The translations under genes and the position numbers were made by a program. The notes beneath the pieces are model-generated. The model made no database searches and was not told the origin of the DNA. It worked only from the letters and a program-made list of their open reading frames with translations. Below are positions 9,593-18,402 of a DNA stretch of 42,529 bases, piece by piece; position 1 is the stretch's first letter, and each line of letters starts with the position of its first letter. Origin of the DNA: a virus (taxonomy: Duplodnaviria > Caudoviricetes); IMG/VR virus record IMGVR_UViG_3300042334_000755, positions 1-42,529 of that record; one strand, 5' to 3'.

Positions 9593-9625
9593 TTATTAAT
9601 GCCTTAGAATCATTGAACAGATATC

Positions 9626-9654
9626 AGTATAACGCAAACTTGATTTATTGTCAA
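9626..9654 (-). promoter_or_regulatory. sigma70-type early promoter
   Basis: TTGACA-ATAAATCAAGTTTGCGT-TATACT. Confidence 0.75.
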
Positions 9655-9656
9655 AT

Positions 9657-10334
9657 TTATTGGAATTTAGTGTAGTTTAATTGCGACACAAATCCATCAC
9701 GATGGGACTTGACTTTCCCAGTTAATTTAACTGTATTTCCAACAGCCAAAAGTGGCCCCCAATTACTTGTGGCGAAAAATACACTAAGATTCTCTTTAGT
9801 AATTCCAGAGATAAAATAACAGCCATAATTCTGAGAATATGAGGCTTTGACAATCTCTACACTAAGTGTAACTTTAGTACCAATATCGCCCACATATTCA
9901 TTTAAACATTCACGTAAACGACTATCTACATCGCGACGTTTTTGTGACTTTGAAAAGGTCAATGGCATACATGCTATTGTTGCCATTTCACGTTCTGAAA
10001 TTTCTTCTCCGCTGGCCAAATTCATTGACTTCATTTGAAAATCATTAAGAATTTTACCTTTGAGAATTTCAAAAGTAAGTGCCTTGAAATGAGTACGAAT
10101 ATCTTTACCAAGCTCACGATCAGAATCAGTGATTTTATGTGGTTCTGCCAAAAACCCAATCATCAATTGTTTATTTGGCAGTTTATGTTGTTGAACAGGA
10201 ATATTATCGGCATCAGCAATTTCATACTGATTTAAATCAACTTTAACGTATTCACCCTGATTGACACGATCAGCGGCGGCTGATGCGGCAAACATCAAAT
10301 CCGCGGGATACATAACTGATTTTTGTCGTGCCAT
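9657..10334 (-). CDS. Hypothetical protein with possible C-terminal OB-fold
   Basis: Start reassigned to MARQKS (10334) with GGAG SD; C-terminus VGNTVKLTGKVKSH...SQLNY is OB-like (inference). Confidence 0.6.
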   Translation of the reverse strand: MARQKSVMYPADLMFAASAAADRVNQGEYVKVDLNQYEIADADNIPVQQHKLPNKQLMIGFLAEPHKITDSDRELGKDIRTHFKALTFEILKGKILNDFQMKSMNLASGEEISEREMATIACMPLTFSKSQKRRDVDSRLRECLNEYVGDIGTKVTLSVEIVKASYSQNYGCYFISGITKENLSVFFATSNWGPLLAVGNTVKLTGKVKSHRDGFVSQLNYTKFQ

Positions 10335-10335
10335 A

Positions 10336-10656
10336 TTACATACTCCAATATGATTCAGAACTGGGTGAACAAAAAGAAGGCGTATCATAGCGTTCTTGAA
10401 ATTCTTCGCCACTCAGAATATTTTTACGAGTGACATAAGTTTCGTGTAATTCAACACGATAACCTTTACTAACGGGATAAGTACCGATTTGAATTGCATC
10501 TACATGAGCCTGAGCCGATTTCAGTGGTGCCTCAACAGACAGATCATACTTTTTAACCAGACTTTCGCCTGACTTGCGACGACCATCGCGTTTATAAACT
10601 TCTACAGTATACTGTTTTTCTTCTACTGGGAAATACGCTGGGTAGTTTCGTAACAT
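10336..10656 (-). CDS. Hypothetical early protein
   Basis: Start reassigned to MLRNYP (10656) with AAGGA SD, because the ORF-track start lies in the promoter; ends TPSFCSPSSESYWSM. Confidence 0.7.
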   Translation of the reverse strand: MLRNYPAYFPVEEKQYTVEVYKRDGRRKSGESLVKKYDLSVEAPLKSAQAHVDAIQIGTYPVSKGYRVELHETYVTRKNILSGEEFQERYDTPSFCSPSSESYWSM

Positions 10657-10687
10657 ATTTACTTCCTTTTCTCTAGTGTATGTGTAT

Positions 10688-10742
10688 ATTTTACACGAAA
10701 ATGGATTTGTTGTCAATAAAAAGTGTTGTATTTTTACAACAC
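10688..10742 (-). promoter_or_regulatory. Early promoter module, copy 1: GTGTTG-N8-CAACAC palindrome plus sigma70 promoter
   Basis: Palindrome 10723-10742; TTGACA-ACAAATCCATTTTCGTG-TAAAAT. Confidence 0.8.
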
Positions 10743-10753
10743 TTTTACATTAA

Positions 10754-11071
10754 TTAAGTAGTCCATTTATCACCAGTAATTACGTTAACCAACTCAACCC
10801 CAGAGCCAAAAGCGGCACGAGCTTCAAAACGCTCTTCATCACTGGGACCTTTGTAATTTTTACAATAAGATTCTAAAAATGTAGATTGTTCTTTTTCACG
10901 AACTAAATTACTTTTAGCAACTTCTTTTTTAAGAATATTGCCGTTTTTATAAAGTTGTTCTAACATATCATTAAATGGAACTCGTTTACTTGATTTCCAA
11001 CGTACAACGCCATTTGTTACATAAATCTCTTTTGCATGTTTTTCAATGTTATTAAACATTTTCGCTCTCAT
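10754..11071 (-). CDS. Hypothetical early protein
   Basis: ORF track; start may be ATG 11059; lies downstream of a promoter. Confidence 0.7.
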   Translation of the reverse strand: MRAKMFNNIEKHAKEIYVTNGVVRWKSSKRVPFNDMLEQLYKNGNILKKEVAKSNLVREKEQSTFLESYCKNYKGPSDEERFEARAAFGSGVELVNVITGDKWTT

Positions 11072-11091
11072 TTATCAGTTTCAATACAAGT

Positions 11092-11146
11092 ATTTTACAG
11101 TAAAATGGATTTGTTGTCAACAAATAGTGTTGTATTTAAGCAACAC
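11092..11146 (-). promoter_or_regulatory. Early promoter module, copy 2
   Basis: Palindrome 11127-11146 overlapping the end of the upstream gene; TTGACA-ACAAATCCATTTTACTG-TAAAAT. Confidence 0.8.
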
Positions 11147-11321
11147 GTTCGTATGTGGCACGAAAGTAGCAATCATAAGAACCACTTGCATATTCATCAC
11201 AAAACTTCTTAGCTTCTGCCTCATTGTCAAAGAACTTAGTGCCCATGGGACGTTGACCCCAGCCACTTTCATACTCTGTCATAGTGACTTTGTACAGATG
11301 AGAAACACGGACTTCTGCCAT
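11136..11321 (-). CDS. Small hypothetical protein (61 aa)
   Basis: ORF track; GGAG SD; EYESGWGQR segment. Confidence 0.7.
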   Translation of the reverse strand: MAEVRVSHLYKVTMTEYESGWGQRPMGTKFFDNEAEAKKFCDEYASGSYDCYFRATYERVA

Positions 11322-11322
11322 A

Positions 11323-11460
11323 TCAATTATCTCCCAGTCGTTTCTGTCGTCTCACTCGACCCCATGCTAAACATGCAATGATAAACGCCGCACATGCTGC
11401 CAGTAACCCAATGAGCGATATCGCAGTTAATACTACGAGTCCAAAAGTAATTTCAACCAT
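11323..11460 (-). CDS. Small single-pass membrane protein (45 aa; not in ORF track)
   Basis: AAGGAG SD; MVEITFGLVVLTAISLIGLLAACAAFIIACLAWGRVRRQKRLGDN. Confidence 0.7.
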   Translation of the reverse strand: MVEITFGLVVLTAISLIGLLAACAAFIIACLAWGRVRRQKRLGDN

Positions 11461-11480
11461 TTTCAACTCCTTATTAACTA

Positions 11481-11765
11481 CTAGAATAACTGACCTTGTG
11501 CCAATTGTTCTTTATGTAACTCGTATGCCTTAAGTTCAAGAGTATCTACAGTACGAGTACGACCATCGTAAAAGTGGTTGTGACATTGACCTTTTGTGTC
11601 TACTTCAGTCCACGAGGGATCACTCACTACTTTGAACATCCAAGTGCCATCAGTAGCGGGACCGACTACCAAGTAAGTTAAACCCTTTTCTTTGCCACCA
11701 AAAGTTGTATACAATACACGATGACGAGTTTTTACAAGAGTTCTAAGTTCTGTGCTGATTCTCAT
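11481..11765 (-). CDS. Hypothetical early protein (94 aa)
   Basis: ORF track; directly downstream of promoter module copy 3. Confidence 0.65.
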   Translation of the reverse strand: MRISTELRTLVKTRHRVLYTTFGGKEKGLTYLVVGPATDGTWMFKVVSDPSWTEVDTKGQCHNHFYDGRTRTVDTLELKAYELHKEQLAQGQLF

Positions 11766-11803
11766 GATCTTTTCTTTTTCTACTGTTTAACTACTATAAC
11801 TAC

Positions 11804-11876
11804 AGTATAGACGAAAAGAGATTTGTTGTCAAATTTGAAATATTGAGAATATCTCAGTGTTGCATAAAAACAACAC
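11804..11876 (-). promoter_or_regulatory. Early promoter module, copy 3
   Basis: Palindrome 11857-11876; TTGACA-ACAAATCTCTTTTCGTC-TATACT. Confidence 0.78.
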
Positions 11877-11882
11877 TAAGAT

Positions 11883-12794
11883 TTACTCAGTAAAAAGCGT
11901 ATTATATGTGGAATTTACTACTTTTTTGACTTTGGGAATGATGATATCTGGCTGTGGGATATAATTCAATACAGCGATTTCTGTACCACGACTATTTTTC
12001 TTATAATTTTCTTGTTTATGACCACGAGTACTAGACCAACGAAATACATCTTGACTATGCCAATGATATTGATCTTTGGGATACCATTGTTCTAATTCTG
12101 GAAAATCATAATAACTTAAACACCATTTACCTTGAGCGTTTTTAAGTGTATCAGCCAATTCTAAATGTTTTGTATCTGGGAATTCTGCCGTATATAAATA
12201 TTCTTTCTTAAAATATGGTGGATCAACATAAAAGAATGTAGTTGGACTATCATATTTTTTAATCAAGTCAATACAATCCATGTTTTCTACTTGTGTAACA
12301 CCAGTTAATCTATCAGTATAAGTTTTATTTGTTAACTTATCTTTTATAGTATCATATTTGCTACCATACTTTCCATTACTGGCAGTATCACAAAAATAAC
12401 TATTAGTATTCAGACCAAGTGTTGTACCACTAAAGATTTGAGTTTGAAGATAAAGATATTTTGCAGCCAATACAACATCACCAAGAATTACAGTTGATGA
12501 ATTTCCAAATATATCTTGTTGAAATTGTTTATATAATGTTGGATCGCTTTTGGAATAACTTTCTAATTCTTGTAATAATTGTATATGTTTGGATCTAAAA
12601 CATTCATGAATATTGGCAATAAAGATATTAAAATCGTTATATACTCTAGTTGAACATTGTAAGATTCTTTTACTACGAATACCAACCCATCCAGCCCCAC
12701 CAAATACTTCTACGAATGTAGTCATTCCAGAAACTGGAAATAATGGATCTAACCATTTAACATGATTGGCTTTACCGCCGATATATGGGAACAA
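11883..12794 (-). CDS. DNA N6-adenine methyltransferase, Dam/D12 class (copy A)
   Basis: FPYIGGK, FVEVFGGAG, YNDFN and catalytic DPPY motifs; TTG start with AGGAG SD. Confidence 0.9.
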   Translation of the reverse strand: MFPYIGGKANHVKWLDPLFPVSGMTTFVEVFGGAGWVGIRSKRILQCSTRVYNDFNIFIANIHECFRSKHIQLLQELESYSKSDPTLYKQFQQDIFGNSSTVILGDVVLAAKYLYLQTQIFSGTTLGLNTNSYFCDTASNGKYGSKYDTIKDKLTNKTYTDRLTGVTQVENMDCIDLIKKYDSPTTFFYVDPPYFKKEYLYTAEFPDTKHLELADTLKNAQGKWCLSYYDFPELEQWYPKDQYHWHSQDVFRWSSTRGHKQENYKKNSRGTEIAVLNYIPQPDIIIPKVKKVVNSTYNTLFTE

Positions 12795-12826
12795 AGATAT
12801 CTCCTAAGTATACTTAATTAAATAAT

Positions 12827-12855
12827 AGTATACTATATATTGTACATTATGTCAA
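12827..12855 (-). promoter_or_regulatory. sigma70-type promoter for methyltransferase A
   Basis: TTGACA (12855-12850), N17, TATACT (12832-12827). Confidence 0.75.
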
Positions 12856-12869
12856 TATTATTTGGATAG

Positions 12870-14192
12870 TTATTTGATGCCTTGTTCTCTTTTGGCGGCT
12901 CTAACAATATCACCCACGTCCCACATATGAGGGAATGTGCCACCTTCTTTGAATCCAACATTGATTTTTACTAATTGTTCGCCTTCTTCACTTTCAATAA
13001 TTAGATTACACGATACAATATCTGGACTATCTGGAATATCATATCTAATATTGAATCCGGATTTCAACTGTTGATATAGTTGCCCAAACTCTTTACTGGT
13101 TCTACTACTAACCGGAATCATTCTTTGACGTTCAGTTCCGACCAATAGATATACATCATCCGCACCATCTAGTCCCAAACGTTGTAGAATTCTTTCGTTG
13201 ATTGCGGCTTTATCACGACCATAAAAATCATTAAACATTCTGCCAAATAATAGATCGCGCATCTTTTGATATCCACGATTAGCGGTAACAAATTCATTTG
13301 CAGTTTTTCTATAATTTGGATCGTTCTTTTTCTTAAGATCGTTTTTTATAACAAGCCATTGATCGGTAATAGCCAGAACTTCTTCAACTTCTTGAGTATA
13401 TTCTGGATGATCTTTTAAAAATGATTTAACAGCTTTCTTACCAGTTCCAGGATCATTTTTACCTGTTAGAACAGTAACTAGATAACTAGCAAAAGTACTA
13501 TTATAAACATTAACACCGCCTGAATTTTTATATAATTTCAGACTGGCCTTGATCATGTCTTGAGTTTCTTCGGTACCTTTCTTTTTGATTTTGATCAAAA
13601 TATCTTCTTTACCAGCACCCATAGATGAGATTCCAGTCAAGACAATATCAACATCAATCAATTTAAGATCATGAGAGGATATAATTTCGTCCCATAATTT
13701 TTTAGCCATGATTTCTGAACCATCTTCGGCTCGTTGAAGTTCAGATTGAATTGTTGCTAATGGTTTCTTGAATTTTTCTGCATTATCCAAGATAAGATTT
13801 TTATAGTTTTCAGCATGTCTTTTCAACCCACCTTCAATTGACGGATTGATATTTACACCATTGTGTTCAAAAGCATATGCAAGTTTCCATGCCACGCTGA
13901 ATTCATTGAAGTAACCAATCATTGCGGTCAAGTCAAATTTATCTCTAGTGGCCTTAGGTTTTGGTGGTTTTGTTTTTGGATCAGGAGGAAGTGAATTTGA
14001 TTGATTCACTGGTGTCGTTGATTCTGTTGATTCTCTAAGAGAGTTAAGTCCCATAGCAGTCGCTAAATTAATTTCCACTTGTTGACCAAATCCTATACGT
14101 TTAATAATTTTTCCAACCCAGTCAAATATTTTCTGAGCACTGGTTCTAGTCCAATTGATAATACCTTCGTGTAAGAGTTCGTTGATTTTCAT
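12870..14192 (-). CDS. Predicted PD-(D/E)xK-fold (restriction-like) endonuclease, late expressed
   Basis: Start reassigned to MKINELLHEG (14192). Helix GYFNEFSVA, then GKEDILI and KASLKLY give an E...D...SxK pattern; flanked by two adenine MTases. Confidence 0.55.
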   Translation of the reverse strand: MKINELLHEGIINWTRTSAQKIFDWVGKIIKRIGFGQQVEINLATAMGLNSLRESTESTTPVNQSNSLPPDPKTKPPKPKATRDKFDLTAMIGYFNEFSVAWKLAYAFEHNGVNINPSIEGGLKRHAENYKNLILDNAEKFKKPLATIQSELQRAEDGSEIMAKKLWDEIISSHDLKLIDVDIVLTGISSMGAGKEDILIKIKKKGTEETQDMIKASLKLYKNSGGVNVYNSTFASYLVTVLTGKNDPGTGKKAVKSFLKDHPEYTQEVEEVLAITDQWLVIKNDLKKKNDPNYRKTANEFVTANRGYQKMRDLLFGRMFNDFYGRDKAAINERILQRLGLDGADDVYLLVGTERQRMIPVSSRTSKEFGQLYQQLKSGFNIRYDIPDSPDIVSCNLIIESEEGEQLVKINVGFKEGGTFPHMWDVGDIVRAAKREQGIK

Positions 14193-14199
14193 AATATAG

Positions 14200-14205
14200 T
14201 ATTTA
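14200..14205 (-). promoter_or_regulatory. Late box TAAATA using the TAA stop of MTase B
   Basis: TAAATA-CTATATT-ATG. Confidence 0.7.
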
Positions 14206-15129
14206 TTCAAATTCAAACAAATTCGTATCAGCTAGATTTATCTTTGATTTAGTTATTATATCAGATTTTAAATCTGGTGTATAGTTTAATATCAATACTT
14301 CTACTCGTTTTGTTCTGACACCTTTAGCCTTTTTACCATCTTTTCTCACAGCACCATCAACCTTGGTTAATCCATTGTTACTATATGTAACTTGTTCATG
14401 CCAGTAAAATTTGTCTCTTGGCATGATATCTTCAAGTTCTTTGAAATAGTAATAACTTAGAGCAAACTTACCCTTCATAGTACTCATTTGAGTCAATAAT
14501 TCAATATGATCATCACGACCAAAACTGTTCTTAGTATAGTAATCTTCTAAATTAAAGTACGGTGGATCAACATAAAAGAAAGCATCTGAACTGTCATATT
14601 TTCTGATAACATCACGACAATCCATGTTTTCAGTTTGTAATACTGCCAATTTGTCCAGATACTTTTTCTGTTCAAACTTCTCAGCGTAGGTAAAAAACTT
14701 AGGCTTGTATTTGGGATTATGATAGATGTTACTACGTTCATGAATACCCATACCACCACTGAAAATTTGAGTTTGAAGCAACATATACTTGGCTGCTAGA
14801 TCATAGTCAGGAATAGCAAATTGAGTGTTATATACAGAAAATACATCATCACGATATTGTGTGAACATTTTGGCATCACCCACATCTTTATAATAACTTT
14901 GCAATACTTTATGATAATGTTTTGGATCTGTTGCTGAGCACTGAAATACATTAACCAAATGTCTATTAAAGTCATTGTATACGTTTGTTTGTACAGAAGT
15001 TTTAGCACTTTGCCAATACATCCACATTGCCCCACCAAATACTTCTACATAAGTAGAAAAATCAGTTGGGAACAATGGGTCAATCCATTTACTATGTTGT
15101 TTCTTGCCACCGATATACGGGAACATCAT
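14203..15129 (-). CDS. DNA N6-adenine methyltransferase, Dam/D12 class (copy B)
   Basis: FPYIGGK, YVEVFGGA, YNDFN, DPPY; clear paralog of copy A (shared KWxDPLFP, AAKY, LQTQIFSG, ENMDC). Confidence 0.9.
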   Translation of the reverse strand: MMFPYIGGKKQHSKWIDPLFPTDFSTYVEVFGGAMWMYWQSAKTSVQTNVYNDFNRHLVNVFQCSATDPKHYHKVLQSYYKDVGDAKMFTQYRDDVFSVYNTQFAIPDYDLAAKYMLLQTQIFSGGMGIHERSNIYHNPKYKPKFFTYAEKFEQKKYLDKLAVLQTENMDCRDVIRKYDSSDAFFYVDPPYFNLEDYYTKNSFGRDDHIELLTQMSTMKGKFALSYYYFKELEDIMPRDKFYWHEQVTYSNNGLTKVDGAVRKDGKKAKGVRTKRVEVLILNYTPDLKSDIITKSKINLADTNLFEFE

Positions 15130-15135
15130 TGATCC

Positions 15136-15597
15136 TTAAATTGAGAAATCTTCCATACCAGCAGTTTTTAATCTAACCAGATGGCCCATCATAAAGTTTT
15201 TACTTTCTAATGCTTTCATAATACCAAGCCATTTGTTACGTAGTAAAGCAACTTCATTACATAATGTTTCCATGTCAATAATGTCTGATTCTCCATCTAC
15301 ATAACGCTCAGCATCACGACTAGTTAATGCTCTATTGTAAGCCTCTAGAAATTTTTTAAATGTCTGACTACGTAATTTTCTAAGTTGAATGTTTAAATAA
15401 TTAAGAACTGCTTCAATTTCTTGAAGTTGATTGAATCGTTGTTCTGTAATTCCTGGTAAATATGCTATACTCTTTTCTATACTACCCTTGATATGAGTAT
15501 CAAATTTTGCCTGATTTAATTCAGTTTCATAATGAGAAATAAAATCAGGCAAGTTTGCTAAGTTTTGAGTAATCTTAGTATACCAATTCATACTCAC
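15136..15597 (-). CDS. uvsY: UvsY-like recombination mediator
   Basis: About 150 aa helical protein near uvsX; YVDGE and C-terminal KALESK...G pattern. Confidence 0.65.
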   Translation of the reverse strand: MSMNWYTKITQNLANLPDFISHYETELNQAKFDTHIKGSIEKSIAYLPGITEQRFNQLQEIEAVLNYLNIQLRKLRSQTFKKFLEAYNRALTSRDAERYVDGESDIIDMETLCNEVALLRNKWLGIMKALESKNFMMGHLVRLKTAGMEDFSI

Positions 15598-15875
15598 CAG
15601 TCTTCATCATCTTCATCAGATTCATCGTCATAAAAATCAGATTGATCTTCATTCAATTCATCTTCTTCACTATCAGACCAATCTTCAGAATCCATATAAT
15701 ATTTTAATGCATCAATAATATCACCCTCACCACGAAATGCTTTACGAATTTCATCTGGGCCAATATCATGATCAATCAACAGAGAAATGACATTATCCGC
15801 AACAACTGAACGATCACTACTAATGATGCTTTCTTTAACTGCCGACCACATTTCGGCTACTAATGTTAAACTCAT
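15594..15875 (-). CDS. Hypothetical protein with acidic tail
   Basis: ORF track; coupled to both neighbours. Confidence 0.7.
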   Translation of the reverse strand: MSLTLVAEMWSAVKESIISSDRSVVADNVISLLIDHDIGPDEIRKAFRGEGDIIDALKYYMDSEDWSDSEEDELNEDQSDFYDDESDEDDEDW

Positions 15876-16933
15876 TATTCAATTTCCTCCTCAATAATTG
15901 TATTTATAACCTGATCTTGTTTACCAAATTCATCCATTACTAAATCCATAATACCATTTTCATTCTTAGACCATTCTTTACGAAAGTATTTGTGAACTTC
16001 ACCATTAAGATCAGTATAAGTATAACGATTACCTTCTTTCTTAATCATACTACGTTTTTCAATAAGATCAAAGAAACCACTATATGGATTCATACCAGTT
16101 TCATAAGGAATCTGAATTTGAATATCTTCAAATGGTTTGGCATAACGAGTTTTCATAATTTTACATCCGGCACGAATACCAAGAACATCAGTAACTTTAT
16201 TACCAGCCTCATCTTCTTTTAGTTTGAGTTTTTTCATTGCCACTACAATTGAACTGGCATATACGAAACCACTACCACCACTGATCTTTGGATCGGGACT
16301 ATATGGATCTTGTGATTCATAACTATGATTAGTACAAATCATACCTACATTCAAACTACCAAACATGTTAACACAATTGGTTACCAATGATTTAAGAGCT
16401 TTAGGTTTGTGACCCATATCACCCTTCATTTCACCACCTTGAAATTGATTAACTTGAACTGGTGTCATTAACATACCCAATGAATCAACTACAAATAATA
16501 CTTTTGGTCTATCTTCTGGTTCCAATGCTTTATAATCTTTCATGAATACAGCTATTGTTTTAGCCACATCATCAACCATAGCCATGTTTAATTTCAATAG
16601 TTTTTCTTCACTAGTATCAACACCTAATGCCAATAACCAACTTTCGTCAAGTGCATTTTCACTATCAATTAATACAACATAGATTCCTTGAGCTTGAGCA
16701 TTTTTAATAACATTTCCACTACAGATATATGATTTACCGGCACCACTTTCACCAGCAAATACAGTAACTTTACCAAGAGGAATACCCTTGTTAAAGTCAC
16801 CACTAATCAAATAGTTTAATGCATAATTGCCAGTACTGATCCAATCTGTTGGATCATGAAATCCAATACTCATACCTTCAATTGACTTTGTAATATCTTT
16901 TCTAAACTTTGATAGATCAAAGGGTTTTTTCAT
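15875..16933 (-). CDS. uvsX: RecA-family recombinase UvsX
   Basis: ISTGNYALN, Walker A AGESGAGKS, IDSENA, VDSLG, SGG, KTRY motifs. Confidence 0.92.
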   Translation of the reverse strand: MKKPFDLSKFRKDITKSIEGMSIGFHDPTDWISTGNYALNYLISGDFNKGIPLGKVTVFAGESGAGKSYICSGNVIKNAQAQGIYVVLIDSENALDESWLLALGVDTSEEKLLKLNMAMVDDVAKTIAVFMKDYKALEPEDRPKVLFVVDSLGMLMTPVQVNQFQGGEMKGDMGHKPKALKSLVTNCVNMFGSLNVGMICTNHSYESQDPYSPDPKISGGSGFVYASSIVVAMKKLKLKEDEAGNKVTDVLGIRAGCKIMKTRYAKPFEDIQIQIPYETGMNPYSGFFDLIEKRSMIKKEGNRYTYTDLNGEVHKYFRKEWSKNENGIMDLVMDEFGKQDQVINTIIEEEIE

Positions 16934-17175
16934 TATGTTCCTTTATGTAATTGCTTACCATTAGTATACGGTGAAAAGCTTTCTGTGTCAAGTAGTTCCG
17001 GACAAGAATTAGCCATTCGTTCAAGATCATAATCGGTTGGATAATGTCTTAGTACACCACGTGCTCGTTCTCTAACGATACCAGGAACTCTAGGAGTTTT
17101 TCCAGGATCGCATAATTCTTCTAATAATTTTTTACTGTACTTTAAAGCGCGAAATCGCTCATCAGGTAAAGTCAT
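16933..17175 (-). CDS. Small hypothetical protein (BPSL0761-like)
   Basis: MTLPDERFRAL...VRERARGVLRHYP; GGAG SD. Confidence 0.6.
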   Translation of the reverse strand: MTLPDERFRALKYSKKLLEELCDPGKTPRVPGIVRERARGVLRHYPTDYDLERMANSCPELLDTESFSPYTNGKQLHKGT

Positions 17176-17195
17176 GATTGTTCTCCAGATAAGTA

Positions 17196-17217
17196 GTACC
17201 CAGATTTCTCTGGGTAC
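17196..17217 (-). other. Stem-loop after the SSB gene (GAAA tetraloop)
   Basis: GTACCCAGA-GAAA-TCTGGGTAC with only a weak U tail; partial terminator or mRNA stabiliser. Confidence 0.6.
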
Positions 17218-17230
17218 GTGACCTAATTAA

Positions 17231-18262
17231 TTAGGCAGGCTTGTTCTGACGACTACGAATCAATGCTAAAATATCATTGGCATTAGATTTGGCCGGAGTT
17301 GTGACAGGAACTTTAATCTCTTCAGTTGTTGAGGCTGGTTCATCGTCCCATGGAGGAGTTGAATTAGTGGTAGCTACTGGCGTTGCATTAGCAAATGGTT
17401 CATCACTAACTGAGTCAGTTGATTCAGTTGATTGATTCGCTGGAGCAGCAACTTCCAAACCCCATGGCTTGTAATATGCAGCCCACTTATCAGCATCATA
17501 TGGACGACCATCTACTGAGGCTTCAAACATATCCTTGATGATACGAAGTTCGCTTTCGCTTGGTTTCTTTGGCAAGAATTCTTTAAGATTAAACAAACCA
17601 AATGTATCAATAGCTGCCATTTCTACTTCAGTCAACGGTGTTTCTTTACGAGCAAATGTTGAAGTTGAATAATCAGCATATTCACCTTTAGCACCCTTGA
17701 TGATATTGAAATTCAAACCACGCTGATAATCAGTTGGCAATTCTTCAATCTCTGGGTTCATCATTGCCGCTTTAATAACAGAAAACAATTGTGGTGTAAC
17801 AACAAAACGACGAATTGGATTCTCAGGTGGAGTATCTTCTGTTTTTGGATTACCTGTGTTCAATAATGGGTTTGTCTTAACAAAACCTTGAAACAGATAT
17901 GTACGCTTTTTCCAATATTTATTGGCAATATCTTTAAGTGAATCGTCTTTGTACCATGTACGAACTTCTGCCAAGATTGGACAGTTTTCGCCATACATTT
18001 CCATACAAGGAACTTTAACTGTATATTGTTTATCATCTGAAGTTCCTTTGACACCTTGAAATGTCAAATTGATAACTGCCTTTTCAATCCAAAAGAATGA
18101 ATTGGTTGTATCAGCATCCGGAAGAAGACGAACTTGAGAAGTTTCACCTGTTTTAATGTTCCAGAAGGGATATAAGGCTTGATCGCCTGATGATTTGGTT
18201 GTAGTGGTTTGACTACGATTATCTTGTGCCTGCAATTTGGCACGAATGTCTGCTAAACTCAT
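17231..18262 (-). CDS. Single-stranded DNA-binding protein, T4 gp32-like
   Basis: VRLLP, CMEMYGENCPI, YWKKR, G.NFNI.K...YADYSTS pattern, acidic low-complexity tail; in uvsX/uvsY operon. Confidence 0.85.
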   Translation of the reverse strand: MSLADIRAKLQAQDNRSQTTTTKSSGDQALYPFWNIKTGETSQVRLLPDADTTNSFFWIEKAVINLTFQGVKGTSDDKQYTVKVPCMEMYGENCPILAEVRTWYKDDSLKDIANKYWKKRTYLFQGFVKTNPLLNTGNPKTEDTPPENPIRRFVVTPQLFSVIKAAMMNPEIEELPTDYQRGLNFNIIKGAKGEYADYSTSTFARKETPLTEVEMAAIDTFGLFNLKEFLPKKPSESELRIIKDMFEASVDGRPYDADKWAAYYKPWGLEVAAPANQSTESTDSVSDEPFANATPVATTNSTPPWDDEPASTTEEIKVPVTTPAKSNANDILALIRSRQNKPA

Positions 18263-18344
18263 TGTATTTTCCTTTATGTTTAAGTGTAGTATTAACTAAG
18301 TTTTAAGTGTTGTAATCAGAGGATTCTGATGGCGACTTATATAT

Positions 18345-18382
18345 ATTATAAACAACTAATATCTATTTGTCAAGAGTATTTA
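18345..18382 (-). promoter_or_regulatory. Consensus sigma70 promoter plus upstream late box for the SSB-uvsX-uvsY-MTase B operon
   Basis: TTGACA (18373-18368), N17, TATAAT (18350-18345); TAAATA at 18382-18377. Confidence 0.8.
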
Positions 18383-18402
18383 TCATTTATAGGACAAATG
18401 TA

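Noticed and set aside
12870-14192. Homing endonuclease (HNH, GIY-YIG, LAGLIDADG) between the methylases
   Set aside because: None of those motifs is visible; a free-standing mobile PD-(D/E)xK nuclease cannot be excluded
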